A stretch of DNA of 31,827 nt. Source: Myxococcales bacterium (GTDB lineage: Bacteria > Myxococcota_A > Polyangia > Haliangiales > Haliangiaceae). The notes under the pieces are model-generated. The model was not told the origin of the DNA and made no database searches. It worked only from the letters and a program-made list of their open reading frames with translations. Shown piece by piece: positions 24,277 to 31,827 of this stretch. The position numbers were made by a program, and so were the translations under genes. How positions within the stretch are numbered: position 1 is the first letter of the stretch; each line of letters begins with the position of its first letter. The stretch is taken from assembly GCA_947483555.1 (NCBI GenBank), contig CANKMW010000015.1:90425-122251 (forward strand). The letters are read 5' to 3'.

Positions 24277-26100
24277 TCGCGGAAGCTCGAGCAGCCCGCG
24301 CCGGGTCGCGATCCAGTGCGTGGCGCCAACCCGCAGCGCGGCGGTGACGTCCTTGCCGGGTAACCCGGTGGCCGTCGTCCACGTCGCCGTGGTGCCATCG
24401 CCGCTGCGCAGGCCTTCCTGCGTCGACGCGTACAGCGTGTCGCCGTCCCAGCGCAGGCCGCCGGGGTTGATCCAGCCGCCACCCAGGCGCGCCGCCGTCG
24501 ACGGCATGGCGGCGCCGGCATCGCCGAGGTCGAAACGCACCACGCCACCCTTGTAGCCGCCGACCCAGACCGAGCGGCCGCGGGCGGCGATCGCCATCAC
24601 CCAGTCGTCGTCGAGGTGGCCGGTGGCGACGGCGAACCGCTGCCAGCCGGTGCCGCGATCGCCGGCCTTCACGGCGGCGGTGCTCGGCCCCCGCCACACG
24701 CCGGTGGTGGTGCCGAGCCAGATCATGCCGTCGACGTCCTCGGCCACCGCCCACACGTTGCCGATCTCGGTGCCGGGCGGGCCGAGCGGGGCCGGCCGTG
24801 CGTCGGTCACGATCACCGCGCCGGTCGACGTCCCGGCGACGATGCGGCCGTCGCGCAGGCGGGTCAGCGCCAGCACGCTGCGCCCGGGCAGGCCGTCGCG
24901 GCGGGTGAGGCGGCCGACCGCGTCGCCATCCAGCGTCATCAGGCCGGCGGCGGTGGCGACCCACAGCCGCGACGCCTTGCCGGGCCGCGGCTCGACCAGC
25001 ACCGCGTTGATGCGGCCGTCGAGATCGGGGTGTGCGACGGTGCGCCAGGCGCCGCGCTCGTGCACCGCCAGGCCGTGATCGAAGGTCCCGACCCACAACC
25101 GCTCGCCATCGGCGGCCAGGGCCGAGACGTCGTTGGAGAGCAGGCCGTCGGCGTGCGGTGCCGCGCGCCATGCCGCGCCGGCGCCGGGCCGCAGCCACAG
25201 GCCATCGAGGCCACCGGCGCACGCCCCGCCGTCGTGCTCGGACAGCGCCTGCGCCAGCACCAGGCCGGCGGGCGCGCCGTCGAGGGCGATCAGCCGCCCG
25301 CGATCCACCCGCCGGAGTCCCTCGCCGAGACCCGCGACCACGATCGCGCCGTCGACCGCGGTGACGCGGGTGACGTGGCCGCCGCCGAGGTCGCGGACGC
25401 CATCGCCGTCGCGGACCAGCAACCCATCGGTGGTCGCGATCCATAGCCGATCAGCCGCGGGCCCCGAGCCAGCCGCCGGCCCGGCGTACATCGAGGTGAT
25501 CGCCACGTTCGGATGCGCGACCCCGAGCGTCACCGGCTCGAGGCGACCACCGCGGAGCTGGAACAGGCCGGCGGCGGTGCCGGCCCACAGCGAGCCGCCG
25601 CTCGAGACCAGCGCCGCGACCCGGCCGCGCGCGGCCCGGGTGCCGCCTTTGAACGGCACCGTGACGCCCTTGCCGCGCGCGCCGAGCTTCACCACGCCGC
25701 CGTTCCAGGTCGCGGCGTAGAGCGCGCCGTCGTGGCGGACCAGGTCGCGGATCGCGGCACCGGCGATGCTGCGCGTCACCGCCAGCGCCTCGCCGTCGAT
25801 CCGGATCCGCGCCCCGCCACCGTCGGCGCCGATCCAGACCTGATCGCCTTCGCGCACGATGCTCTCGATACGCGTCCCGGGCAGGCCGTCGCGGGCGGTC
25901 CACACCGCGCGCTGAACCCCGCTGGCATCGACGAGCACCAGGCCACCGCCGGTGCCGACCAGCGCGCCGCCGGTGGCCAGCGGCAGGCACGCTCGCACCT
26001 CGTGGGTGTCGCTGTGCACGCGGGCCGGCGCCGCGGCCGCCGCGGCCGGGACCGCCACCGCCGCCAGCGCGGCGACGATCACCTGGCCGCGCGGCGTCAC
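24265..26100 (-). CDS. secreted beta-propeller protein with two-component-regulator-propeller (Reg_prop/Y_Y_Y-like) repeats, 611 aa
   Basis: The GTG start 26100..26098 overlaps the upstream TGA as GTGA. Signal MTPRGQVIVAALAAVAVPAAAAAAPA. At least 7 repeats of the LW(I/V)GTxxGL type (LWAGTAAGLFQL, LWIATTDGLLVRD, LWVGTFDHGLAVHE, LWVATAAGLMTLD, IWLGTTTGVWRG, VWVGGYKGGVVRFD, VWIGADGGG). Confidence 0.8.
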   Translation of the reverse strand: MTPRGQVIVAALAAVAVPAAAAAAPARVHSDTHEVRACLPLATGGALVGTGGGLVLVDASGVQRAVWTARDGLPGTRIESIVREGDQVWIGADGGGARIRIDGEALAVTRSIAGAAIRDLVRHDGALYAATWNGGVVKLGARGKGVTVPFKGGTRAARGRVAALVSSGGSLWAGTAAGLFQLRGGRLEPVTLGVAHPNVAITSMYAGPAAGSGPAADRLWIATTDGLLVRDGDGVRDLGGGHVTRVTAVDGAIVVAGLGEGLRRVDRGRLIALDGAPAGLVLAQALSEHDGGACAGGLDGLWLRPGAGAAWRAAPHADGLLSNDVSALAADGERLWVGTFDHGLAVHERGAWRTVAHPDLDGRINAVLVEPRPGKASRLWVATAAGLMTLDGDAVGRLTRRDGLPGRSVLALTRLRDGRIVAGTSTGAVIVTDARPAPLGPPGTEIGNVWAVAEDVDGMIWLGTTTGVWRGPSTAAVKAGDRGTGWQRFAVATGHLDDDWVMAIAARGRSVWVGGYKGGVVRFDLGDAGAAMPSTAARLGGGWINPGGLRWDGDTLYASTQEGLRSGDGTTATWTTATGLPGKDVTAALRVGATHWIATRRGLLELPRLAP

Positions 26101-28874
26101 TGTCCGATCACCAGCTCGAGCGCGGCCTGGTTCAGGGCGTGGTCGCGCACCACCACCCGCAGCGTCACCGGCGCCGCGGCCGCCGCGGTCTTCCACAACC
26201 CCTCGAACCGCCCCCACGAGGTCTGCGCCAGCATCAGGATCTCGCCACCGGGCAGCACGACCTCGACGCGGTCGGCATCCTTGCGGCGCGAGCTGGTGGT
26301 CGCCAGCTGGCGAGCCTCGATCCGGTAGCCGTCGGCGGTGCGGGTCGCCGTGAGGCGCATCGCCGGCGCCACGGTGTCGACCGTGTAACCGAGGTGCAGC
26401 ACCTCGACGCGGCCGTCGGCGTGGGTGACCGTCACCCGGGCCTGGTAGTCGCCATCGGCGGTGTCCTTGTCGATGAGGAAGCGCACCATCCAGGCATCGA
26501 CGTCGCGGTCCCACTCCGCGACCTTGGTCTCGCCCCACGGAAACGTCACGATCACGGAGCGCGCGTCGCGCGGCGCCGGGATCTTGATCTCGGGGTCGCC
26601 GGGCTGGATCTCGTCGGGGCTGAGGCTGGCCTGGCGAGCGCCCAGGGTGTCGAGATCGCCGCCGGTGACCTGCGGCGCCTGCGCCAGCTGCTGCTCCTCG
26701 GCCTTCTTGCGTTCGATCTGATGCAGCTTGTACGCCTCGTCGCTCTCGAGCACGAGCAGCGACGTGTGCCGGGACAGCACGCCGTGATCCTGGCTGGCCT
26801 TGACGATCTCCTCGCGCGGGGCGTCGGCAGCGTCGAGCGCCGCCAGGTGCTGGACCGCCCAGCGCTGGGCCACGGCGGCGGTGTCGACGGCGCCGGCCAG
26901 CATCACCTGCTGGGTTACCTCGGAGCCGGCGACGTCGCCGGTCAGCGTGAGCGACGCGGGGACCGGCGCGCCGGTCGGGGTGTGCACGATCGCCACCAGG
27001 GTATCGCCGTCCCACAACGTGGTGGCGCGGTTCGGGTACAGGACGCCGCTCGCACCGGCGTCGAGCGCGAGGTGGGCGTTGCGGATCCGGCCGGCGTCGC
27101 CGCCGTGGGCGGCGGCGAGCGCGAAGCGGGCAGCGTCGATCGAGCGCCGCACCATCATCGCGCGTCCGCCGCTATGGCCGGCGAGGTCGGCCCATAGCTC
27201 GGTCGATGCGCCCTTGCCGACCAGCGCGGCGTGGATGGGGGCGCCGGCGGCGGCGGCGAGCGCGGCCAGCGGGGCCTTGCCCAGCTCGCCCCAGGTCGGC
27301 ACGCCGTCGCCGATGTAGATGATATCGGTGGGCGACAGCCGGGTCGCCGCCGCCAGCGCGGCGCCCACGTCGCTGGCACCGTCGGGTTCGATGCCGTCGA
27401 GAAACGCGGCGGCGTCGGTGATCGCCGACGGCGTCGCGGCGACCATCTCGGTGGCGTGCGCGACCACGGCGACGTCGCTGGCCAGGACCATGAAGCGGTC
27501 GCGGTCGCCGAGCTCGCCGAGCGTGGTGCGCAGGAGCTCCAGCTGCAGCGGCCGGCCCTCGAGCGTGCTGCGCGAGGTGTCGAACACGACCACCAGGCGA
27601 CGGGGCGGACGCGCACCGGCGCCGGCGGTCGCATGACCGCCAAACAGCGACCGGGCCGGGGTCACGCGGACCGCGGTGTAGGTGCCGTCGGCGCGCACCT
27701 CGCGCATCACCGCCGCCACCGTGGTGGTCACCGGCACGCTGAGGTCGAGGCCGCCGGCGACGTTGGTCTCCTTGGCGGCGACCTTGCCGTCGACGGTGAC
27801 GGTGAGGGCGCCGATCGTCGAGGTGCCGCCGGTCTCGGGCAGCCCGACCGTGAAGTCGTAGGCCCAACCGTCGGCGTCGCGGGCCAGCGGCGTGGTGTAA
27901 CGGATGACCACGCGCTTCTCGCTGCTGGCCTCGATCGGAAACACCCGCAGCTTGAACCAGTTGCCCTGCTCCCACTCGAGCAGCGCCGGGTCCTGCATCT
28001 CGTCCACGATCTTCTCGTAGACCGCGCGCGCCTTCTCGCGCTCGACGATCTCGCCCTCCATCATGCGGCCCGAGATCTCCATCGCCATGCCGGTGAGGAT
28101 GGCGCCGTCGGGAACCGGAAACCGGAACGTGCCCTCGCGGGTCTCGGCGGCCGGGTTGAAGAACACGTGCTCGACCTCGGTCATCGCGAGGTCGCCGGCG
28201 GTCTTGACGCGGACGTCGACCTTGCGCAGGGCGAGCGGTTCACCGATCTCGCTGGCGCCGCGGGCCTCGAGGCGGCCGATGCCAGCGCCGTCCTGGTCGT
28301 GCTCGAGGCCGAGGCTCCAGTCGGCGAGCTCGGGGCGGGCGCCGGTGGCCAGCACCTGGGTCGTACCGTCGTTGCGCGCCGCCAGCAGCACGTCGCCGGT
28401 GATCGCCAGCGCGCCGTCGCGGCTGGCGACGGCGACCGGGATCGCGGCGGCCGAACGGCGCAGGCGGCTCTTGCCGGCCAGCGCCTCGACGTACACGCCC
28501 TGATCGTCCTGAGCCAGGCGCAGGCGCGCACCGGCACGCAGCCACAGCCGACCGGCGGCGTCGCCGTGGCCGATCGCGACGATCGCGCCCTGGCGCGTCA
28601 CCTCGATCTCGCGCACCGCCGTCATCGGCGTGCCGGCGGTGAGCGGGCGCCAGGTCGGATCGGCGCCAGTGCGGACCCGGACCACGCCGCGGGCTCGGAC
28701 CAGCTCGAGCGGCAGGCGCAGCGGCGTGCTCGGAAGGTCGGCGCGGGCGGAGCCGCCGGCGAGCGCGCCGTCGGGATGGCGCGCGGTCGGGGCGGAGCCG
28801 CAGGCCAGCGCGGTGGCGGTGGCGCCGAGCGCGGCCAGGTTGCGGATCGACGCGGTCGAGAGCAGGGACTTCAT
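26097..28874 (-). CDS. lipoprotein with VIT (vault/inter-alpha-trypsin) domain and von Willebrand factor A domain, ITIH-like, 925 aa
   Basis: ATG 28874 overlaps the upstream TGA as ATGA. Lipoprotein signal MKSLLSTASIRNLAALGATATALAC. VIT signature (HVFFNPAAETREGTFRFPVPDGAILTGMAMEISGRMMEGEIVEREKARAVYEKIVDEMQDPALLEWEQGNWFKLRVFPI). vWA with MIDAS (LVVVFDTSRST...). A roughly 200-aa C-terminal extension of unknown fold. Confidence 0.85.
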   Translation of the reverse strand: MKSLLSTASIRNLAALGATATALACGSAPTARHPDGALAGGSARADLPSTPLRLPLELVRARGVVRVRTGADPTWRPLTAGTPMTAVREIEVTRQGAIVAIGHGDAAGRLWLRAGARLRLAQDDQGVYVEALAGKSRLRRSAAAIPVAVASRDGALAITGDVLLAARNDGTTQVLATGARPELADWSLGLEHDQDGAGIGRLEARGASEIGEPLALRKVDVRVKTAGDLAMTEVEHVFFNPAAETREGTFRFPVPDGAILTGMAMEISGRMMEGEIVEREKARAVYEKIVDEMQDPALLEWEQGNWFKLRVFPIEASSEKRVVIRYTTPLARDADGWAYDFTVGLPETGGTSTIGALTVTVDGKVAAKETNVAGGLDLSVPVTTTVAAVMREVRADGTYTAVRVTPARSLFGGHATAGAGARPPRRLVVVFDTSRSTLEGRPLQLELLRTTLGELGDRDRFMVLASDVAVVAHATEMVAATPSAITDAAAFLDGIEPDGASDVGAALAAATRLSPTDIIYIGDGVPTWGELGKAPLAALAAAAGAPIHAALVGKGASTELWADLAGHSGGRAMMVRRSIDAARFALAAAHGGDAGRIRNAHLALDAGASGVLYPNRATTLWDGDTLVAIVHTPTGAPVPASLTLTGDVAGSEVTQQVMLAGAVDTAAVAQRWAVQHLAALDAADAPREEIVKASQDHGVLSRHTSLLVLESDEAYKLHQIERKKAEEQQLAQAPQVTGGDLDTLGARQASLSPDEIQPGDPEIKIPAPRDARSVIVTFPWGETKVAEWDRDVDAWMVRFLIDKDTADGDYQARVTVTHADGRVEVLHLGYTVDTVAPAMRLTATRTADGYRIEARQLATTSSRRKDADRVEVVLPGGEILMLAQTSWGRFEGLWKTAAAAAPVTLRVVVRDHALNQAALELVIGQ

Positions 28875-29980
28875 CGCGAGCCTCCACGCGCGACGTTGAT
28901 CCGCGCGACAGTGACGGTGTCTTCCTTGTTGAACAGGCGGTAGGGCAGGACGTGGCGTTGCTCGCCGGGCTTGCCCTCGTCGAGGACGATCACGACCTCG
29001 CCGCGAGCCTCGGAGATGTTGCCGCGGCCGACGCCGAAGTAGTTCACCTGCACCAGGTAGGTGCCGGGCCGCGCGCTGGGCGCGGTGTAGCTCTCGGGGC
29101 CGTAGCCGGTGGTGATGTCGTCGTACAGGGCGTCGCCGAGCGCACCCTGCTTGTGCTGGTAGTAGACCCGCTCGCCGGTCGGGTTGGTCACCCACAGGTC
29201 GACGTCGCTGCGATCGGTGTCCCAGGTCAGGTAGATCTTGATGTCGTTCTCGCTGCCGCCGGTCAGCTTCAGCAGGGCGATCGCCTGGTCCATGGCGGCG
29301 GCGTCGGCGGGCTGGTCGCGGGCCAGCTGGTGGTAGACCTGCGCCAGGCGCTGGCGGGCCGGGTAGCGCACCGCCTCGGGCGTGGCGGTGTCGCCGACGA
29401 TGGCCTCGAGACGCTGGCGGGCCTCGGCGTTGCGGCCCATGCGCTGGGCCACGTCGGCGAGCTCGAACGCGAGGCGGCGGTCATCGGGCGACATCAGGGC
29501 GGCGGCGGTCAGCCGCTCGTACGCGGCCTCGAGATCGCCGGACTGCTTGAGCGCGCTGGCCAGGGCGCGCTGCGCGCTGGCGTCCTTGGGCAGCAGCTCG
29601 ACCACCGCCGAGTAGGCGCGCCGGGCCTGCGCGCGCTGGCCCAGCTCGCTGTACAGGTCGCCGAGCAGGCGCACCACCACCAGGTTGTAGGCGTCGGCGG
29701 CCCGCCACGCGCGCGCCGCGGTGACCGCCTCGTCGAGCTTGCCGGCGCGGTGCAGGGCCCGCACCAGCGTGAAGCGGGCGCCGCGATCCTTGGCATCGGC
29801 GTCGACGGCGGCGCGCAGCTTGGCCAGATCGGCATCGGTGACGGCGTCACGCGCGCCGGCCGGCTCGCGATCGCCGGCGATCACGGACAGGCGCGACGTC
29901 GCGGGCGCCGGTGTGGCCGCGGCGCGGGTTGCCGCCAGCGCCAGCGCGGCGGCGAGCAGGACAAACGGGAGCTTCCTCAT
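28871..29980 (-). CDS. secreted TPR-repeat protein with C-terminal YfaP/DUF2135-like domain, 369 aa
   Basis: ATG 29980 (MRKLPFVLLAAALALAATRAAA signal). TPR-like helices (AYNLVVVRLLGDLYSELGQRAQARRAYSAVVELLPKDASAQRALASALKQSGDLEAAYERL...). C-terminal roughly 110 aa (DIKIYLTWDTDRSDVDLWVTNPTGERVYYQHKQGALGDALYDDITTGYGPESYTAPSARPGTYLVQVNYFG) resembles DUF2135. First gene of the coupled operon. Confidence 0.75.
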   Translation of the reverse strand: MRKLPFVLLAAALALAATRAAATPAPATSRLSVIAGDREPAGARDAVTDADLAKLRAAVDADAKDRGARFTLVRALHRAGKLDEAVTAARAWRAADAYNLVVVRLLGDLYSELGQRAQARRAYSAVVELLPKDASAQRALASALKQSGDLEAAYERLTAAALMSPDDRRLAFELADVAQRMGRNAEARQRLEAIVGDTATPEAVRYPARQRLAQVYHQLARDQPADAAAMDQAIALLKLTGGSENDIKIYLTWDTDRSDVDLWVTNPTGERVYYQHKQGALGDALYDDITTGYGPESYTAPSARPGTYLVQVNYFGVGRGNISEARGEVVIVLDEGKPGEQRHVLPYRLFNKEDTVTVARINVARGGSR

Positions 29981-30262
29981 GCGGTGTGGATTTGCATCGC
30001 GGGTGCCAGCGCGAAAGCCGGCGCGGATCGCGGAGTTGGGCGCCAGCGTGGGCGGGGCGACACGCTGCCGACCGCGCCGCGGACACGGCCTCGGGTCGGA
30101 CCACCACCGATTCCCCCGCTGCCGCCGAACCCAGGTCCTCCTCGCACGACCTCGCGCGCCGTCGCGGGGGGCTCCGACGGGTCCCAGCCGGCGACCGCGT
30201 GGGCGGTGGTGCTTTTGGGTGCGACATCCGGCGCGACGCTCCGTCTCCGCGGTGAACCCCAC

Positions 30263-30268
30263 GGAGAA
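30263..30268 (+). promoter_or_regulatory. Shine-Dalgarno GGAGAA 6 nt upstream of ATG 30275
   Basis: The motif is visible in the sequence. It is the strongest SD motif in the window. Confidence 0.5.
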
Positions 30269-30274
30269 CCACGC

Positions 30275-30847
30275 ATGATCACGCACGCTCGTTTCCTGCC
30301 CTTGCTCGCATCCCTGACCCTCGGCCTGGCGCTCACGGAGTCCGCGCACGCCGATACCCCGCTCACCGAGATCACGGCCTACGAGGACGGCTTCGCGCCC
30401 CAGGTGGTCTACGGACCCGCCGCGGTCCCGGCCGGGATGAAGGGCAATTTCTCGATCGTCAACGCGCTGCCGGCCCTGACGCCGGTCGAGCTCGTCGTCG
30501 AGCTCGATGACGACGGACAGCCGGACGCGTTCTCGACGGTGACCTTCGTCATCGCCATCGAGAACGGCGGCAAGGTGCCGATCGACATCTACCGCGTCAA
30601 CTCGTTGCTCGAGGACCGCCACTGGGTCGTCCCGACGTTCACGCCGCAGCGCCTCGCGCCGGGTCAGGTGCTGCTGGTCAAGGTCGTCTTCGCACCCAAG
30701 GCCGCCGGCGAGTACAAGGGCATCTTCGACGTGTGGGCCGGGTGGCGCCGCAACTACGAGTCGACGCGGGCGCGCTTCCCCGGCCTGGCGCGGGTCCGGA
30801 CCCACGACTGGATCGAGGTGCCGGACGGCGCCCAGCGCCAGCCGTGA
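30275..30847 (+). CDS. secreted hypothetical protein (190 aa), divergent from the VIT-vWA operon
   Basis: ATG with strong SD. Signal MITHARFLPLLASLTLGLALTESAHA. High GC3. This is the only coding part of the 631-aa track ORF 28952..30847; the rest is antisense to the TPR gene. Confidence 0.7.
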   Translation: MITHARFLPLLASLTLGLALTESAHADTPLTEITAYEDGFAPQVVYGPAAVPAGMKGNFSIVNALPALTPVELVVELDDDGQPDAFSTVTFVIAIENGGKVPIDIYRVNSLLEDRHWVVPTFTPQRLAPGQVLLVKVVFAPKAAGEYKGIFDVWAGWRRNYESTRARFPGLARVRTHDWIEVPDGAQRQP

Positions 30848-30901
30848 GCTTGCGCGCTCCCGGCGGCCGAGCGCAGCGCGGTCCGCGGTACGTTCCGCGC
30901 C

Positions 30902-31684
30902 ATGACCACCGGACGAGTGTCTCGCGAGCGGCGCGGCCACCTGCTGCTCATCGGCCTGGACCGCGCCGCCAAGCGCAACGCCTTCGATCTGCCGCTGTGG
31001 GACGACCTGTGTCGCGCTTACGCCGAGCTCGAGCGCGACCCCGAGCTCCGCGTCGGCGTGCTGCACGCCCATGGCGATCACTTCACCGGCGGCCTCGATC
31101 TGCCGGCCTGGGTGCCGGTGTTCTCGTCGGGCACGTGGTCGATCCCCGATGACGGGATCGATCCACTCGGCCTCACCGGCCCCCGCCTCAGCAAGCCGAT
31201 CGTCGCCGCGGTGCAGGGCATCTGCCTGACCATCGGCATCGAGCTCCTGCTGTCGACCGACGTCCGCATCGCGGCCGACTCGACCCGCTTCGCGCAGATC
31301 GAGATCAAGCGCGGCATCTATCCGGTCGGCGGCGCGACGCTGCGCTTCCCACGCGAGGTCGGCTGGGCCAACGCGATGCGCTGGCTGCTCACCGGCGACG
31401 AGTTCACCGCCGCCGAGGCGCTGCGCATCGGCCTGGTCCAGGAGGTGGTGGCGCCCGGCGAGCAACTGGCCCGCGCCACCGCGCTCGCCGAGGTGATCGC
31501 CGCCCAGGCGCCGCTCGGCGTCTACGCCACGCTGGCCTCGTCGCGCGCCGCCGTCCCGGCCGCCGAGCATGCCGCCGCCGCCCGCCTGCTGTCCGATCTC
31601 CACCCGCTCATGGGCAGCGAGGACGTGCAGGAGGGGCTGCGCGCCTTCGCCGAGCGCCGGTCCGGTAGCTTCCGCGGCCGCTAG
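30902..31684 (+). CDS. enoyl-CoA hydratase/isomerase (crotonase superfamily), 260 aa
   Basis: Crotonase-fold motifs (LDRAAKRNAFD, HGDHFTGGLDL, oxyanion-hole region AAVQGICLTIGIELLLSTDVRIAADSTRFAQIEIKRGIYPVGGAT). Confidence 0.85.
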   Translation: MTTGRVSRERRGHLLLIGLDRAAKRNAFDLPLWDDLCRAYAELERDPELRVGVLHAHGDHFTGGLDLPAWVPVFSSGTWSIPDDGIDPLGLTGPRLSKPIVAAVQGICLTIGIELLLSTDVRIAADSTRFAQIEIKRGIYPVGGATLRFPREVGWANAMRWLLTGDEFTAAEALRIGLVQEVVAPGEQLARATALAEVIAAQAPLGVYATLASSRAAVPAAEHAAAARLLSDLHPLMGSEDVQEGLRAFAERRSGSFRGR

Positions 31685-31718
31685 AACACCGACCGGTTTG
31701 AAACCGCAGCGAGTCCGA

Positions 31719-31773
31719 TCGCTTGCGCTCCCCACCGGGCGTCCTGAGCCGGACCGAGCGCAAGCGAGGTCCG
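31719..31773 (+). terminator. GC-rich stem-loop region downstream of the enoyl-CoA hydratase gene with two mutually exclusive hairpins
   Basis: 12-bp perfect inverted repeat TCGCTTGCGCTC (31719..31730) / GAGCGCAAGCGA (31756..31767). Alternative 6-bp stem CGGACC (31750..31755) / GGTCCG (31768..31773) whose loop is the second arm of the first stem. No U-tract, which is common in high-GC genomes. Confidence 0.35.
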
Positions 31774-31827
31774 TGTCGAAGGACGGACTTCGTCGACATG
31801 CGCCCTTCGACTCGGCCGCTGCGCGTC

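Noticed and set aside
26101-27015. N-terminal 300-aa extension of the beta-propeller ORF (MGRRYPGGDRAHPDRRAGPR...)
   Set aside because: This region belongs to the upstream VIT-vWA gene in another frame. The propeller starts at the GTG at 26100, which creates a GTGA overlap and a proper signal peptide.

Overview
The window is about 72% GC, gene-dense and reads as bacterial chromosome, most likely Myxococcota. The taxon call rests on several PEGA-domain, Hanks-kinase and Gly-rich lipoprotein genes, many exported proteins and strong GC3 bias. I support about 27 protein-coding genes. I found no rRNA, tRNA, CRISPR array, IS or prophage signal. Housekeeping genes are an acyl-CoA mutase with its MeaB GTPase, malate:quinone oxidoreductase, a TSUP permease, an M28 aminopeptidase, a PLP decarboxylase with a TesB-like thioesterase, and an enoyl-CoA hydratase. 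The main candidate for an undescribed system is a three-gene operon on the minus strand (24265..29980) whose genes overlap start to stop. It encodes a secreted TPR protein with a YfaP/DUF2135-like C-terminal domain, a 925-aa lipoprotein with VIT (inter-alpha-trypsin-inhibitor-like) and vWA domains, and a secreted Reg_prop beta-propeller protein. A small secreted-protein gene with a strong Shine-Dalgarno (SD) site is transcribed divergently from it. Other points worth a second look: a coupled operon placing a VTC/CYTH-like domain protein between a lipoprotein and an exported beta-rich protein; an exosortase-like C-terminal tail on the M28 peptidase; a Gly-rich beta-helix lipoprotein followed by a membrane Ser/Thr kinase with in-frame tandem repeats and a TPR-like membrane protein; and a few palindromes and hairpins. 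Most long ORFs in the six-frame track that lie opposite these genes are high-GC antisense artefacts and I rejected them.
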